A stretch of 64,000 nucleotides of DNA, taken from the NCBI RefSeq assembly GCF_006345805.1, contig NC_042998.1, positions 66,464,001-66,528,000 of the forward strand, read 5' to 3'. The notes under the pieces were generated by a model. That model did not search any database, had not been told where the DNA came from, and worked only from the letters and a program-made list of their open reading frames with translations. The DNA comes from Octopus sinensis. Taxonomy: Eukaryota. This document shows positions 1 to 11,517 of this stretch, piece after piece (the stretch's first letter is position 1; every line of letters begins with the position of its first letter). A program made the translations under genes and the position numbers.

Positions 1-64
1 AGCCCCAGGAGGACACCTCTTCCAGCTGGCTGTAGACACATGTTCTGTGCCCTATCAAATATTT

Positions 65-99
<35 letters not shown>

Positions 100-182
100 A
101 TGTACATATAATTTAGGATAAAGTAATGTGTAACCAATCCGGCAATTATTCAAATATGAAGCTAATAATATAATAATAATTT

Positions 183-231
<49 letters not shown>

Positions 232-573
232 TGTATATCCATATCTACATACGTGAAATATGCATATAATGTGTATATATAATAAACAACTTACCACTGT
301 TAATTTATACTCTTACGAACATAAACATATATACCCACATTTACATTTGCATAGGTTCCTTATATATCAAAAGCACACACATATATACATTCACACCGGC
401 ACATCATATATATAAAAATGGTATTTATATAGCTAAGAACATAAAGTTATGCATTTACTATGATACAAATATTAGATATAGAAATTATCATGTATATTAT
501 TTGTATTCAGATGTAGTGGATAATTAAGATACAAAGTTAGCAATGGTCGAGAAAAAATTAATAAAATGATATA

Positions 574-802
574 CTCTTTAACTCTTTTACTTGTTTCAGT
601 AATTTCACTGTCGCCATGATGGAGCACCGCCTTTAGTCGAACAAATCGACCCCAGAACGTATTCTTTGTAAGCCTAGTACTTATTTTCTCGTTCCTTTTT
701 GCCGAACCGCTAAGTTTCGCATATATAAACACACCAGTATCGGTTGTCAAGCGATGTTGGGGGGAGAACACAGACACATAAACATATACACGCACACACA
801 CA

Positions 803-834
<32 letters not shown>

Positions 835-872
835 CATGTATCTATATATATATATGTATGTATATATATATA

Positions 873-923
<51 letters not shown>

Positions 924-1107
924 GTATGTATGCGTATGTGTGTATGCATGCATATGTATACATATATACGACTGTCTTCTTTCAGTTTCCATGTACGAAA
1001 TCCACTTACAAGGTTTTGGTCGGCTCGAGGAGTCACGTAGTGGGACTGAACCCGGAATCATGTGGTTTGTAAGCAAGCTACTTACCACACAACCACTCTT
1101 ACGCCTA
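574..1107 (-). mobile_element. SINE family S1 (tRNA-like head, central microsatellite, conserved 3' half)
   Basis: Minus strand has head ggcgtaagagtggttgtgtggtaagtagcttgc..ccgggttcagtccc, internal (TA)/(TACA)n, and 3' half ..ctaaaggcggtgctcc..aaacaagtaaaagagttaaagag; same architecture at 6297, 15174, 36459. Confidence 0.85.
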
Positions 1108-1149
1108 CGTGAACAAAAAGATAAACAGTAGATAATAGTTGTTATGTAA

Positions 1150-2560
1150 TTAGAACTTTTGTGTAAAATAATAAATCTGGTTAGGTACATAAGGTGAATA
1201 TTTATTAGTTGGGTAGAGGTCAGGAGGAGGGAGACTATTATTGTAAATAGTATAACTATGGGATTAGAGTGGTGTCTATAGTTGGAATGGTTAGAGAGAA
1301 AATAAGTGATATTAAATTTAAAATGAAATAGTTATGCTAATATTTTGAATATACTTATTTCTATAGTTGAATATATGAAATGCTTTTCCCGTTTTGATGA
1401 TTGAATAAGGTATTTCTGGAGGAAGCGTTACGACTTGTAGTTTATATTCCATAAGAATGAGATTAAGAAAAGAAGGAGGTATAGTGAGTAATACCGAGGG
1501 AACAGAATGGTAGGTTAAAATTCGGAGATGTTGGTATTACTACGTTAACAAGTAATACGGAAATATTTATCTCATTGCAAAGATTAGGCTATTGTTCTCT
1601 AAAACTAAAATGAAAAATATTATAAGTCTTAACCTTATAATAGTTGTTCATATGTAATTATTTCATAGTTAAGGAGTGTATAATTATAGTAGCAAGATAT
1701 ATAAGAAACCCAGTATTTAAATTTTGAAAATACATATTTTCCCGTGTGAAGACAGAAAATACCTTTTTGTCTCAGGGTATTTTTTTTTATTTTAGAATAA
1801 AATGCCCCAGATTCACAATTATTATTGACTTTATAGGATGGTGCAGAAACAATTATATCCTATTTAAGATCGAAATTAATATCATTGTCCTTTCATTTTG
1901 AAATAAAGTTGCTTAATCCAATAGAATTTATGTCTATAACTAAAACTGGGTTGTGACTCCTTTCTTAACAGCATTTTCCGTGGAACCTATATACATATGT
2001 TTTTTTATCTTGAGTTGCAACTGTACATTGGTATATTACGTTTTCCCTTTTGCATGAATTCCTAAATAAACAATTATTTTATAGCCTACAGTCACAATTA
2101 CTATAAATGTTATTGTATGTTTCTGTATTGGATGCAGAGATATTGTTAGTTATTTTCGTATTATGTTTTGAATTTCTATTGTTAAGAGATATATCGGTAC
2201 ACGTAATAAGGTTATTAGAGTTAGTGAGTGATACATTAGGTCCGGGAGGGGGTTAATTTGGTTATTACTGTGGATATTTCTAATTAAGTAGAATTTATCT
2301 AATTTCTTGATATTTATGGAAGATATAATAGTAAATAATTTATTGGTTAGGCTAAATCCAATATTTATGGTTATATTGTTAATTATTTCATAGTATCTAT
2401 TATTGGTATTAAAACGTTTATGGATAATCTTGAAAATTGATTTATTTATTTTTTATTTGCATGGCATATGGAATATTTAGCCAAATTTTATTAGATTTAT
2501 TAATATTATTATTAATTATAGATGTATTATAATCTATTTTAGATTTAATATATTTATTTC
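1150..2560 (-). mobile_element. Highly decayed Penelope-like element, GIY-YIG region
   Basis: Minus-strand translation near 2110-1990 gives CDCRL*NNCLFRNSCKRENVIYQCTVATQDKKTYVYIGSTENAV, matching the PLE CxCR..C..VIY..YIGxT layout; many stops and frameshifts; boundaries approximate. Confidence 0.5.
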
Positions 2561-2576
2561 AGTTATTGTGCGCATG

Positions 2577-2882
2577 TGTGAAGGCGCATGGCTTAGAGGT
2601 TAGGGCATTCGACTCACGACTGTAGGGTCCTGGGTTCAATTTCTGCATTGTGTCCTTGAGCAAGGCAATTTATTTCATGTTGCGCCAATCCACTCAGCTG
2701 GCAAAAATAAGTAGCACCTCTTTTTGAAAGGGCCAACCTTATCACACTCTGTGTTACGCTGAATCTTGCTAAGTGTACACGTGTCTGTGGAGTACTCGGC
2801 CACTTGCACGTTAATTTCGCGAACAAGCTGTTCCATAAATCATATCAGCTGGGACCCTAGTTGTCGTAGTCAACTGAGTGCT
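2577..2882 (+). mobile_element. SINE family S3, first unit of tandem pair
   Basis: tRNA-like head gtgaaggcgcatggcttagaggttagggcattc..ggttcaatt, body ccttgagcaaggcaatttatttc..ccactcagctgg, end ..actgagtgc. Confidence 0.85.
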
Positions 2883-2887
2883 ATTTT

Positions 2888-3200
2888 GTGAAGGCGCATG
2901 GCCTAATGGTTAGGGCATTTTGCTCCCGATCGTAAGGTCGTGGGTTCAATTCCGGCAATGCTTTTTGAGCAAGGCAATTTATTTCACGTTGCTCCAGTCC
3001 ACTCAGCTGGGAAAATGAGTAGTACCTGTATTTCAAAGGGCCAGCCTTATCACACTCTCTGTCACGTTGAATCTCCCCGAGAACTACATTAAGGGTACGC
3101 GTATCTGTGGTGTCCTCAGCTACTTGCACGTTAACTTCACGAGCAATCTGTTCCATTGATCGTATCATTAGGAACCTCGTCCTCGTAACCGACGGAGTGC
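2888..3200 (+). mobile_element. SINE family S3, second unit of tandem pair
   Basis: Collinear with 2577-2882; ends ..gtaaccgacggagtgc. Confidence 0.85.
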
Positions 3201-3376
3201 TCTTAGTGTGCGCATAATTTTTATTAGAAGTATGGTTAACGTTAAGGCATTTATTATTATAGCTTAAAATATTATTTTAAGTTTTAGGTGTATTATTTAA
3301 CGCCGTGTTATTTATTCTGTTTTGGTGTTTAACGATATTAATTTTGCTTTCAGTAATTTGATGCTTGTTATCAATT

Positions 3377-3520
3377 CTTTTACTTGTTTCATGCTCGAGC
3401 ACCGCCTTTAGTCGAGCAAGTCGACACCAGGATTTATGCATGCTTTATAATCCTAGTACTCCTTTGCCTAACCGGTATGTTACGGGAACGTAAACACACC
3501 AGCGATCGTTTGTCAAGCAA
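3377..3520 (-). mobile_element. SINE S1 3' fragment
   Basis: tcttttacttgtttc..gagcaccgcctttagtcgagc.. matches the S1 3' half. Confidence 0.7.
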
Positions 3521-3930
3521 TGTTTTTATTTGAAATGTGTGCTCGTATCATTTGTTTTCGTAGATGTAATTCGCGATTATATATTTATGAATAAGAATAT
3601 ATACAAACAATACGTACGGATATAAGTATATGGAAAACTATGTGTCAAATATAATTGTTGTTTTTTTTAAATTATGTATCAATGCATAAATATATGTGTA
3701 GATACATGATTTAGCGTCTTTACGTGTATATACATGCATATATGCATATGTAAAATTTTGTTTTTGTGAAAGTACTTTATACATACATATTTATTCCCAC
3801 TGTTTGTGTACATATATTTCACGTGAGTATATGTATACGTATTTTTAAATATATCCATATATTGGTATTTATATGTATATATTTTTTTTACCTGGAAGTC
3901 TATATCTTGAAAGTATATGCATGCATATGA

Positions 3931-4015
<85 letters not shown>

Positions 4016-4029
4016 TTAATAATAATAAA

Positions 4030-4640
4030 TGGCAAGTTTGCGTGTTTGTGAATGTGTTACTTTAACTCCTCCGAGTTTATCCAACATATCTTGATGAAAC
4101 CTGACACGTGTGTGGGGCTTATGCCTTTGCAGTCACTTATGCGCTTGAATTTTTTACAAATCGATTTATAATCAGCAGCGATTTTTGCGCACTAGCCGTT
4201 GTGACATCAATTTCAGAAAAAGTGCCTAAATTTTACGCAAAATATTTCATGAGTATAAACAGACCGGCTTATTAACGATAATTTTGTTTAGCATTTGCTA
4301 ATTCTTCATTTCAATGCCAATTGTTTTGGTTTGCTAAGACATTTCAATTCGTTTTTTTAAATTCCACAGTGTGTCAGATTTGTGTTAGATAAGACCAGTT
4401 CATACCTCAAACAAAATTTAGGCATTTTGCACTCTAGACGTCGTGACATCAATTCACGAAATCCGCACCAAAGCATAAAATTTCGCCATTTTACGCACAT
4501 GTACAAAAACAACGACGACACGGGTTCGCTACAAGACTCTGCTCATATTTCCGTCATATTGGTCCTACCTATTAAAAGTAAATTTTTAATTTTTGAAAAA
4601 TATCAAACTTTGGCGAAAACAAACTCTTATTAGCTAGTAT
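4030..4640 (+). mobile_element. Possible non-autonomous Helitron/Helentron-like element
   Basis: Starts after (TAA)n with ..actttaactcctccgagtttatccaacatatcttgatgaaacctgacacg.. (resembles non-autonomous rolling-circle 5' blocks) and ends in CTAG followed by tatata; family assignment is by resemblance only. Confidence 0.35.
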
Positions 4641-4645
4641 ATATA

Positions 4646-4681
4646 TACTTACATATAAGAGAACAAAATGTACGTACGTCG

Positions 4682-4735
<54 letters not shown>

Positions 4736-4768
4736 CGGAGTACGTACACTTCGTACTCTTATATGTAA

Positions 4769-4771
<3 letters not shown>
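4646..4771. repeat. ~38-bp inverted repeat arms flanking a (TA)n tract
   Basis: tacttacatataagagaacaaaatgtacgtacgtcgc / gcggagtacgtacacttcgtactcttatatgtaagta are imperfect reverse complements. Confidence 0.8.
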
Positions 4772-4819
<48 letters not shown>

Positions 4820-6212
4820 ACCGATAGAATAATTAGCTCCCTATAATAGATGAGTACCGGAGATGATTTATTCGACTACAATTATTGAAGGAGGTGGCGC
4901 TGTATTCTTGAAGGAGGTACTACAGATACAAATAACTGCATGGCTGCAGCCTAATGACTGATACGAGTAAAATAGATTGCATTCGGATTCCACAAATTGT
5001 CTGGCTGACATAGATTCCTAATCCTCGAATTGCTATGCATATATTGTTTCATCGTATTATGAATTGGAATCGAACAGACTTGTGTGCATTAGAGATGTTA
5101 GATGTATATCTGAGACAGCATTACCGAAAATCAATGTATTTTCCATATTGAAAATAATGAGATTTGACGAAAATGTTGTTGATAAGTCTAGCTGGATGAG
5201 CGATCATGAGTGAGATCAAAGAAGGATAATATGAAATAGGTTACTGTTTAAATACAGGCATTTCGGTTTTCAAATATTTTTTCCATTTAAATACTTGTGC
5301 TTACGTTATTAATTTACATGTTATTAAACAGTATTGTTTATATCAAAGCGCGTAACATACTGCTTTTGGTTATTCGGCTTACGCTTACTATACAGTGGCT
5401 TTAAATGTTGGGCCGGGTGACTTGTTACGTTCTTGAGCAACGCAATCAAATTCCTGTTGCTGCGGTATACTCAGCACCAAAAAGAGTAGCTAGTTAAATA
5501 CGAGCGCAATACTCTCAATACCCTAATATTACACCTTGGATGTTTACGGCTCGTCAAGGGATGCTAAACATCATCTATGGCCCCCTTCTGTCTGCATAGG
5601 CATCTAAAACAAATCCTACATATTACCAATCTACATTCCTTCGCAGGTGGGGGCTGACTATGATATTGATATTATTAAATGTACATATTGATCCGTGTTT
5701 CGCACAATGTTTAAAGAATATAATAATAAAAGTTCCAAGATATTAGAGAGGAATTTCATATAAATAATTTTATATTTCCCAGTTTTGAGTATGCAACAAC
5801 ATTTTCTAACATATTATTCACCCTCCTCTTCATAAATAATATATTGATCAAACAATGTTGGATTTCTGAGATGAGTAATTTTTTTTTCAAAATCTATAAA
5901 ACTCTAATAGCGTTATGTTTTTATACATCTAATGCTTTTAAGATATAATTAATCACTTTGATCGTTTTCAAATAAGTTAAAATCATTTTCCCCTTTAGAC
6001 ATGGATGACAATTATAAATTATTCTATTTTCTTACCTTCGCAACTATAACATTAATGATTAAGTATAAAATCTTGGCCATAAATTTTGTTAAAACATTTT
6101 ACATACATAATGCAGTCTATTTCTCTTTTGTGCTTGTGCAGGCTAGCAAAGAGTGATTGTGAGATATGAAACGGTGGTACAACACACATGCATACAAACA
6201 CACACGCACACA

Positions 6213-6273
<61 letters not shown>

Positions 6274-6296
6274 ACATATATATATATATATATATG

Positions 6297-6650
6297 TGCA
6301 TGGCTGTTAGGTAAGAAGTTTGCTTCCCAACCACATGGTTCTGGGTTCAGTCCCACTACGTAGCACCTTGGGCAAATGTCTTCTGCTATGGCCTGAGAAA
6401 GACTTTGAGTGGATTTTGTACACGGAAACTGAAAGAAGCCAATCGTATATATGTATATGTTTGTGTATCTCTGTTTGTCCAACCACCATCGTTTGACAAC
6501 CGATGTTGGTTTGTTCACGTCCCCGTAACATAGCGGTTTGGCAAAAAGAGAGCGGTAAAATAAGTAGGCTTACAAAGAATAAGTCCTGGGATCGATTTCT
6601 TCGAGTAAAGGCGGTGCTCCAGCAAGGTCGCAGTCAAATTACGGAAAAAA
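6297..6650 (+). mobile_element. SINE S1
   Basis: Head tggctgttaggtaagaagtttgc..gggttcagtccc, body and 3' half collinear with other S1 copies. Confidence 0.85.
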
Positions 6651-6743
6651 TAGAAGTCAAAAGAACGTAACAGCAATCTATCTATCTATCTATCTATCTC
6701 TATAATTTATATGTATATATATATGTATATATATATACATATG

Positions 6744-6857
<114 letters not shown>

Positions 6858-7660
6858 AATATATATATATATATATATATATATTTATTTATTTATATAT
6901 GTATATATCGTAAAATATAATTGCCAACTAGATATAACGGGCCCATAGGAGATTTTGCAACTGTAGTTTTTAGACCCAAGAAGACATCACCTGCAGTTGG
7001 CTAACGGCACACTCTCTGTTCGATTAGTATTGGCGAGGATAAAATCATCTTTCTCATATCTACCCTTATGTAATGCACTACAACCCGGGTTTTTGGGTAG
7101 TAACCTGTCGTTAGTGCGTGATAAACACACGCTAGTGATGAAACCCATTCTACACGCAAAATACTATGAATTTTCAGTGACAAACTGTCGTTGCTGTCAA
7201 AAGAGGAGAAATAAGCAACATTAAATCTCTGGAATATATTTATGGAATAAACACTAGAATATATTTATTGTAAACTAATTACATATAAAATCAGGAGATT
7301 AAAAAAACAATTAGTATAAGGTATACACCATTACACGTATATCATTTGGTAATAAGAGTTGCAGCGTTGTACATGTAGATGTCTTACAAGTTACTTCTCC
7401 ATGTATAATTTCTTAACTCCCATTAGAGCCTGAAGAACGTGTAATGCTGAATATATAATTCCAATCACTTTTAAAAACTGTTCCTATACACACGTACAAA
7501 CCCACCCAAACACATATGTATATATGTGTGTGTATGCGCGTGCATGCATATGATATATATATGTCGTTATTTCTAAATCTCTCTAAAGGAGACTACGGCA
7601 GCGGTACTAGATATTTAATCGCCAAGTTATCGACAAGCAAACATGGCACACAAACACACA

Positions 7661-7723
<63 letters not shown>

Positions 7724-7949
7724 GCACACATACACACATAGTTTTTCATCATTTCGATGTCCATATAATCGGCATGCCCCCTCTTCCGAAATTTTTGAGC
7801 CAAAATTTGATATCATCATCAGCAATATCTTCATTATTATTTTTCCTATTATTTCATGAAAATCTCTCAGCTTATTTTGCTAGTTATGATGAAGAATCCT
7901 TATGTCCACAGCCAGTAGACTGAGATGACACTTTTTTCCTCTTCATAAA

Positions 7950-8962
7950 ATGCCAAGACTGGGTACCTGGTACCTGGAATGTTGTCCGGTGCTCATACCC
8001 CTCTACCAGTCAGGCAATGGTATTGGTGGATATTCCACTTCAGAAATTTAGACAGGATTAGTGGCGGTGAAGTGCGACGACGTTCTTTGGAAGAGTCTGG
8101 GCGCCGACGAGGACAAAAGAGCTAGTCTGTTCCGGAGGAATTTCCCGCCAGGAATATCATGCATAATTTCCAGATGTCCTTGGCCCAGCAGTGCTACAGA
8201 AGGACGCTACCGGTTCGAGATATAATCTACCAGCACGAATGTGCTGTCAGACTGTCTTCTCCAAGGTACGCGCATAGTAACGAAACCTTTCTGCACGCCC
8301 TCGTTTAGTGTCCGGGAATTCCTGACTTGTAGGCTTGTGATGAATAGCTGCTGTCACGTGAGGGACGGATCCGTCTCTCGGATTTGTTAATAGTGATGAT
8401 TGCACCGCCGCGCTCAATCAATCGGGCAGGTAAATGAGTTTTCCATTGCCTGGCGGCTGTTGCGAAAGAGGTTGTTTTGTGACAAGGTTGAAAGTGATGA
8501 AGAAAGATAAATCCTACTTTGGTGAAGCTCTCATTGATATCGAGTTTCAATAGAAAAAGTAATTGAGAGTGGAGAAGGGAGTGCTGTCCTCTAGTGAATT
8601 TACTGAAAAATGGGGGAAATTTGTGAAAATGGCATGAGTGTATGTAGCCTGTGAGTCAGAGAGAAGGAATTGAAGGGGGCACTTGCTCCAGGGGTTTCAG
8701 GGAAATCTCGGAGAGTTGGGTTCCTCGATTATTTTTAAAAGCCTTGCTGTGCCTAAAGGGCCACATTTCTCTCATCCTTCCCGCCTCTTTTTTTTTTTAA
8801 ATCTTTTTATGCTATGTGTATATCCCTTTCTTTTCAGGGTATACCGTGTATAACTTTATTTCTTTCATTTATTTTTTAGCATTAATTATATGTAAACTCC
8901 CACACTTTATGTCTGTATTTGTATGGTGCTCATCATTCGCCCTTGTGGCAAATAAATGAAAT
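7950..8962 (+). mobile_element. 5'-truncated Tx1/L1-like LINE: decayed ORF2 C-terminus plus 3' UTR and tail
   Basis: Plus-strand translation SLAQQCYRRTLPVRD..SPRYAHSNETFLHALV*CPGI..LLSREGRIRLS..FHCLAAVAKEVVL..LRVEKGVLSSSEFTEKW matches the zinc-binding C-terminus of Tx1/L1-type ORF2; ends cgcccttgtggcaaataaatgaaat. Confidence 0.7.
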
Positions 8963-8974
8963 AATTATTATCAT

Positions 8975-9230
8975 TATTTTGACTTGGCGCAGGTCTTATT
9001 CCTGGTAGGATTTATGACGTTAGCGGGTTACTACGTGTAACGTTAGGTGTCCACAAGTTTTCAGCCTAAAATCCTACTGATAATCTTTGCTGTCCCTAAG
9101 AGACAAACTTTCTCTAGGAGCTCTGCCAAGCATTCTATTTCAGTCTCCTGCAGCTATTCATCTATATCTTGGCTTACCGTTCCAAACACACCTGTTATAG
9201 GCATGACTTTTACTGTTCACATGCTCTAAA
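8975..9230 (-). mobile_element. R4/Dong-like (RLE-class) LINE extreme 3' fragment
   Basis: Minus translation TVKVMPITGVFGTVSQ..LLEKVCLLGTAKIISRILG*, then a short UTR and a TAA-rich tail; typical RLE C-terminal LLGTA motif. Confidence 0.7.
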
Positions 9231-9304
9231 TTCTTAATGTTTCATATTTTAAGGGAATTATCATTAGTATAATAATAATATAAATAATTATTATTATTAT
9301 ATGA

Positions 9305-9785
9305 AAACTCAAATCTTATTTTGCTGGGTGTGATGGAAAGCGTCTGGTGTCCACGGCTAGCAGACTAAGGTGAAACTTATTTATTAGTCATATTTCAAGA
9401 ACCTTGCAAAGAATTCTTGCAGTGCCCAACAATGCTTATTTTTGTAGGTGTTCTATCTTAACACTTGCACCAATTTTTTTCAGCCACGTTGGTAGTTTAG
9501 TGCTGATACTTCCAAGTGCACCAACCACTATTGGTATCACGTCTACTCTCTTCATTGACAACCTTCGTATTTCCCACTTTAAATCGTCATCTTTGATTAT
9601 ATTTTTCTCATTCTTTCACATTGATCCAGTTGTCACCGCCGCATGCTATGTTGATTATCAGACATGTTCTTTTTTTTATTCACTACGACAACGTCCGGTT
9701 GCCTATAACTGGTTAGGCAATCGCACTGGATCATTGTATCCAGCATCATTTTGCAGTTTTCATTTTCCGTGACTTTCTATGGTTT
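9305..9785 (-). mobile_element. R4/Dong-like LINE 3' fragment with restriction-like endonuclease remnant
   Basis: Frameshifted minus translation ENENCKMMLDTMIQCD..QPDVVVV..TCLIINIACGGDNWINVKEK..LQK*ALLGTARIL*KVLEI, followed by a (TAA)n tail at ~9270-9300. Confidence 0.75.
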
Positions 9786-9799
9786 GGTCATTGTTATTA

Positions 9800-10219
9800 T
9801 CATTGAGTGAGAGAGCAGTGCATGCCATCAAAGTGGCACTGGGGTAAAATATACGAAGCCCAGTATACCCATCATGAGTACCTGGCACATGCATCACAGC
9901 TATATGTGCGCGACATAGTGATCTCAAATTAAGAAAGACAGCGCATAACCTTGCAGGTAGGGCGCAGTTAGAATTTTCTTTAGGTCGAGTAACCCATGCC
10001 GCTCAAAAGGTCCCGGAATAAGTTTTGTTTCCAAGGGTGAATTATGCAAACTCTAAAGAATCCCTCTGAACACATGGCTATGATGCTCCCCCACTACTTC
10101 TGCTCGTGATCAGAGATGCACATATCGCCAGTCACTAAGGGACGTGCTCAACTGTTTAATGTCAAGCAACTGACAAGCAAATCTGTGGTATTGAGCAGAA
10201 TATTTGCTGTAGCCCATCC

Positions 10220-10222
<3 letters not shown>
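9800..10222 (-). mobile_element. Non-coding dispersed repeat bounded by TAA-type repeats
   Basis: ~420-bp GC-richer block with sharp ends in ATT/TAA repeats on both sides; no ORF; strand and non-autonomous-retroelement status inferred from context. Confidence 0.5.
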
Positions 10223-10276
<54 letters not shown>

Positions 10277-10302
10277 ATTACGACTACTACTACTACTACT
10301 AC

Positions 10303-10362
<60 letters not shown>

Positions 10363-10411
10363 TAATAATAATATTAATAATAATAATAATATTAATAAAA
10401 ATAATAATAAC

Positions 10412-10484
<73 letters not shown>

Positions 10485-10487
10485 TTT
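10222..10487. repeat. Compound trinucleotide array (TTA)n-(TAC)n-(TAA)n
   Basis: Directly visible; orientation switches mid-array. Confidence 0.95.
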
Positions 10488-11203
10488 TGAGAGATCTTAC
10501 GATCGTTTCATGAAGATACTACTTTTCGAAATTAAATCCAAAACGGATAACCATTATTAGGTGGTATATCCACTCGTCAGAGAAATGGATGAATTTCAGT
10601 GTAGTAGATCGAATGATACAGATGCTATTTAAAATCGTATTACAATGGATTTGTTAAAAAAGTTATTGGAATAGATCTATATTGGCTACTTGACAAAATC
10701 TTTTATAGAGTTTATCCTTATATCTAAATAATAAATATTAAACCCGAATATAATCGGTTCTGAATTATTTTCGTTATACACACGTGGCTGAGAGGAACAA
10801 GATATAAATACTTTCATAGATGTGTAAGTGAGAACATTTGTATATGATCTCTGGATACGTTGTCTTCGTATGGTATGTATAGGTGTTTATATTTATAGAT
10901 TTCCGGTTCTGTTTGCACTGACGGGTTAAGTGCCTGCTGCAGCGCTAACAATGAAACCACTTCGATATGCAACTGAACCATTTGAAAACTATTTTTTCTT
11001 TGTTCATTTCCTCGACTTCAGCGCGTGTGTATATTTTGATAAAGTAGTTGACTTTAGCATCCCTTTACTTATAGTAATACCTCTTAATTTAATAATGTAG
11101 TTTTGAAAATAGATATACTTTATACTTAGTAATAAATGTTTACATTATTGCTTTTACATGCTGGCTACTTGATAAAATATTATATACATTTTATCCTTAT
11201 ATT

Positions 11204-11276
<73 letters not shown>

Positions 11277-11277
<1 letters not shown>

Positions 11278-11460
11278 GGGAGAATTCACAAAAAAAACAA
11301 AAGACAAAGATAGGTGGTGTAGACAACAAACAGATGTATTAGTTTAACGCTCGTGAAGTAAAACGTTTCGAGCCTACGCTCTTTCACAGAAACGAACTCA
11401 GAAAAAACAAGGAGAGAAAATAAAGAATGTGTAGTGGCTAGCGATCTATCATGGCGATGA
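11277..11460 (-). mobile_element. Hammerhead-bearing mini-element, family C
   Basis: ~185 bp between two (TA)n tracts; minus strand tttCTGTGAAa gagc gtag gctc GAAAcgtt (decayed core); homologous to 23833, 35590, 46335, 55783, 62126. Confidence 0.7.
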
Positions 11461-11482
11461 TATATATATATATTATATATAT

Positions 11483-11517
<35 letters not shown>

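Noticed and set aside
8305-8550. Minus-strand ORF read as a zinc-knuckle ORF1
   Set aside because: The plus strand gives a much better match to a Tx1/L1-type ORF2 C-terminus followed by a 3' tail.
10080-10222. HDV-like ribozyme at the presumed 5' end of the TAA-flanked element
   Set aside because: I could not build a convincing nested double pseudoknot by eye; it needs a descriptor search.
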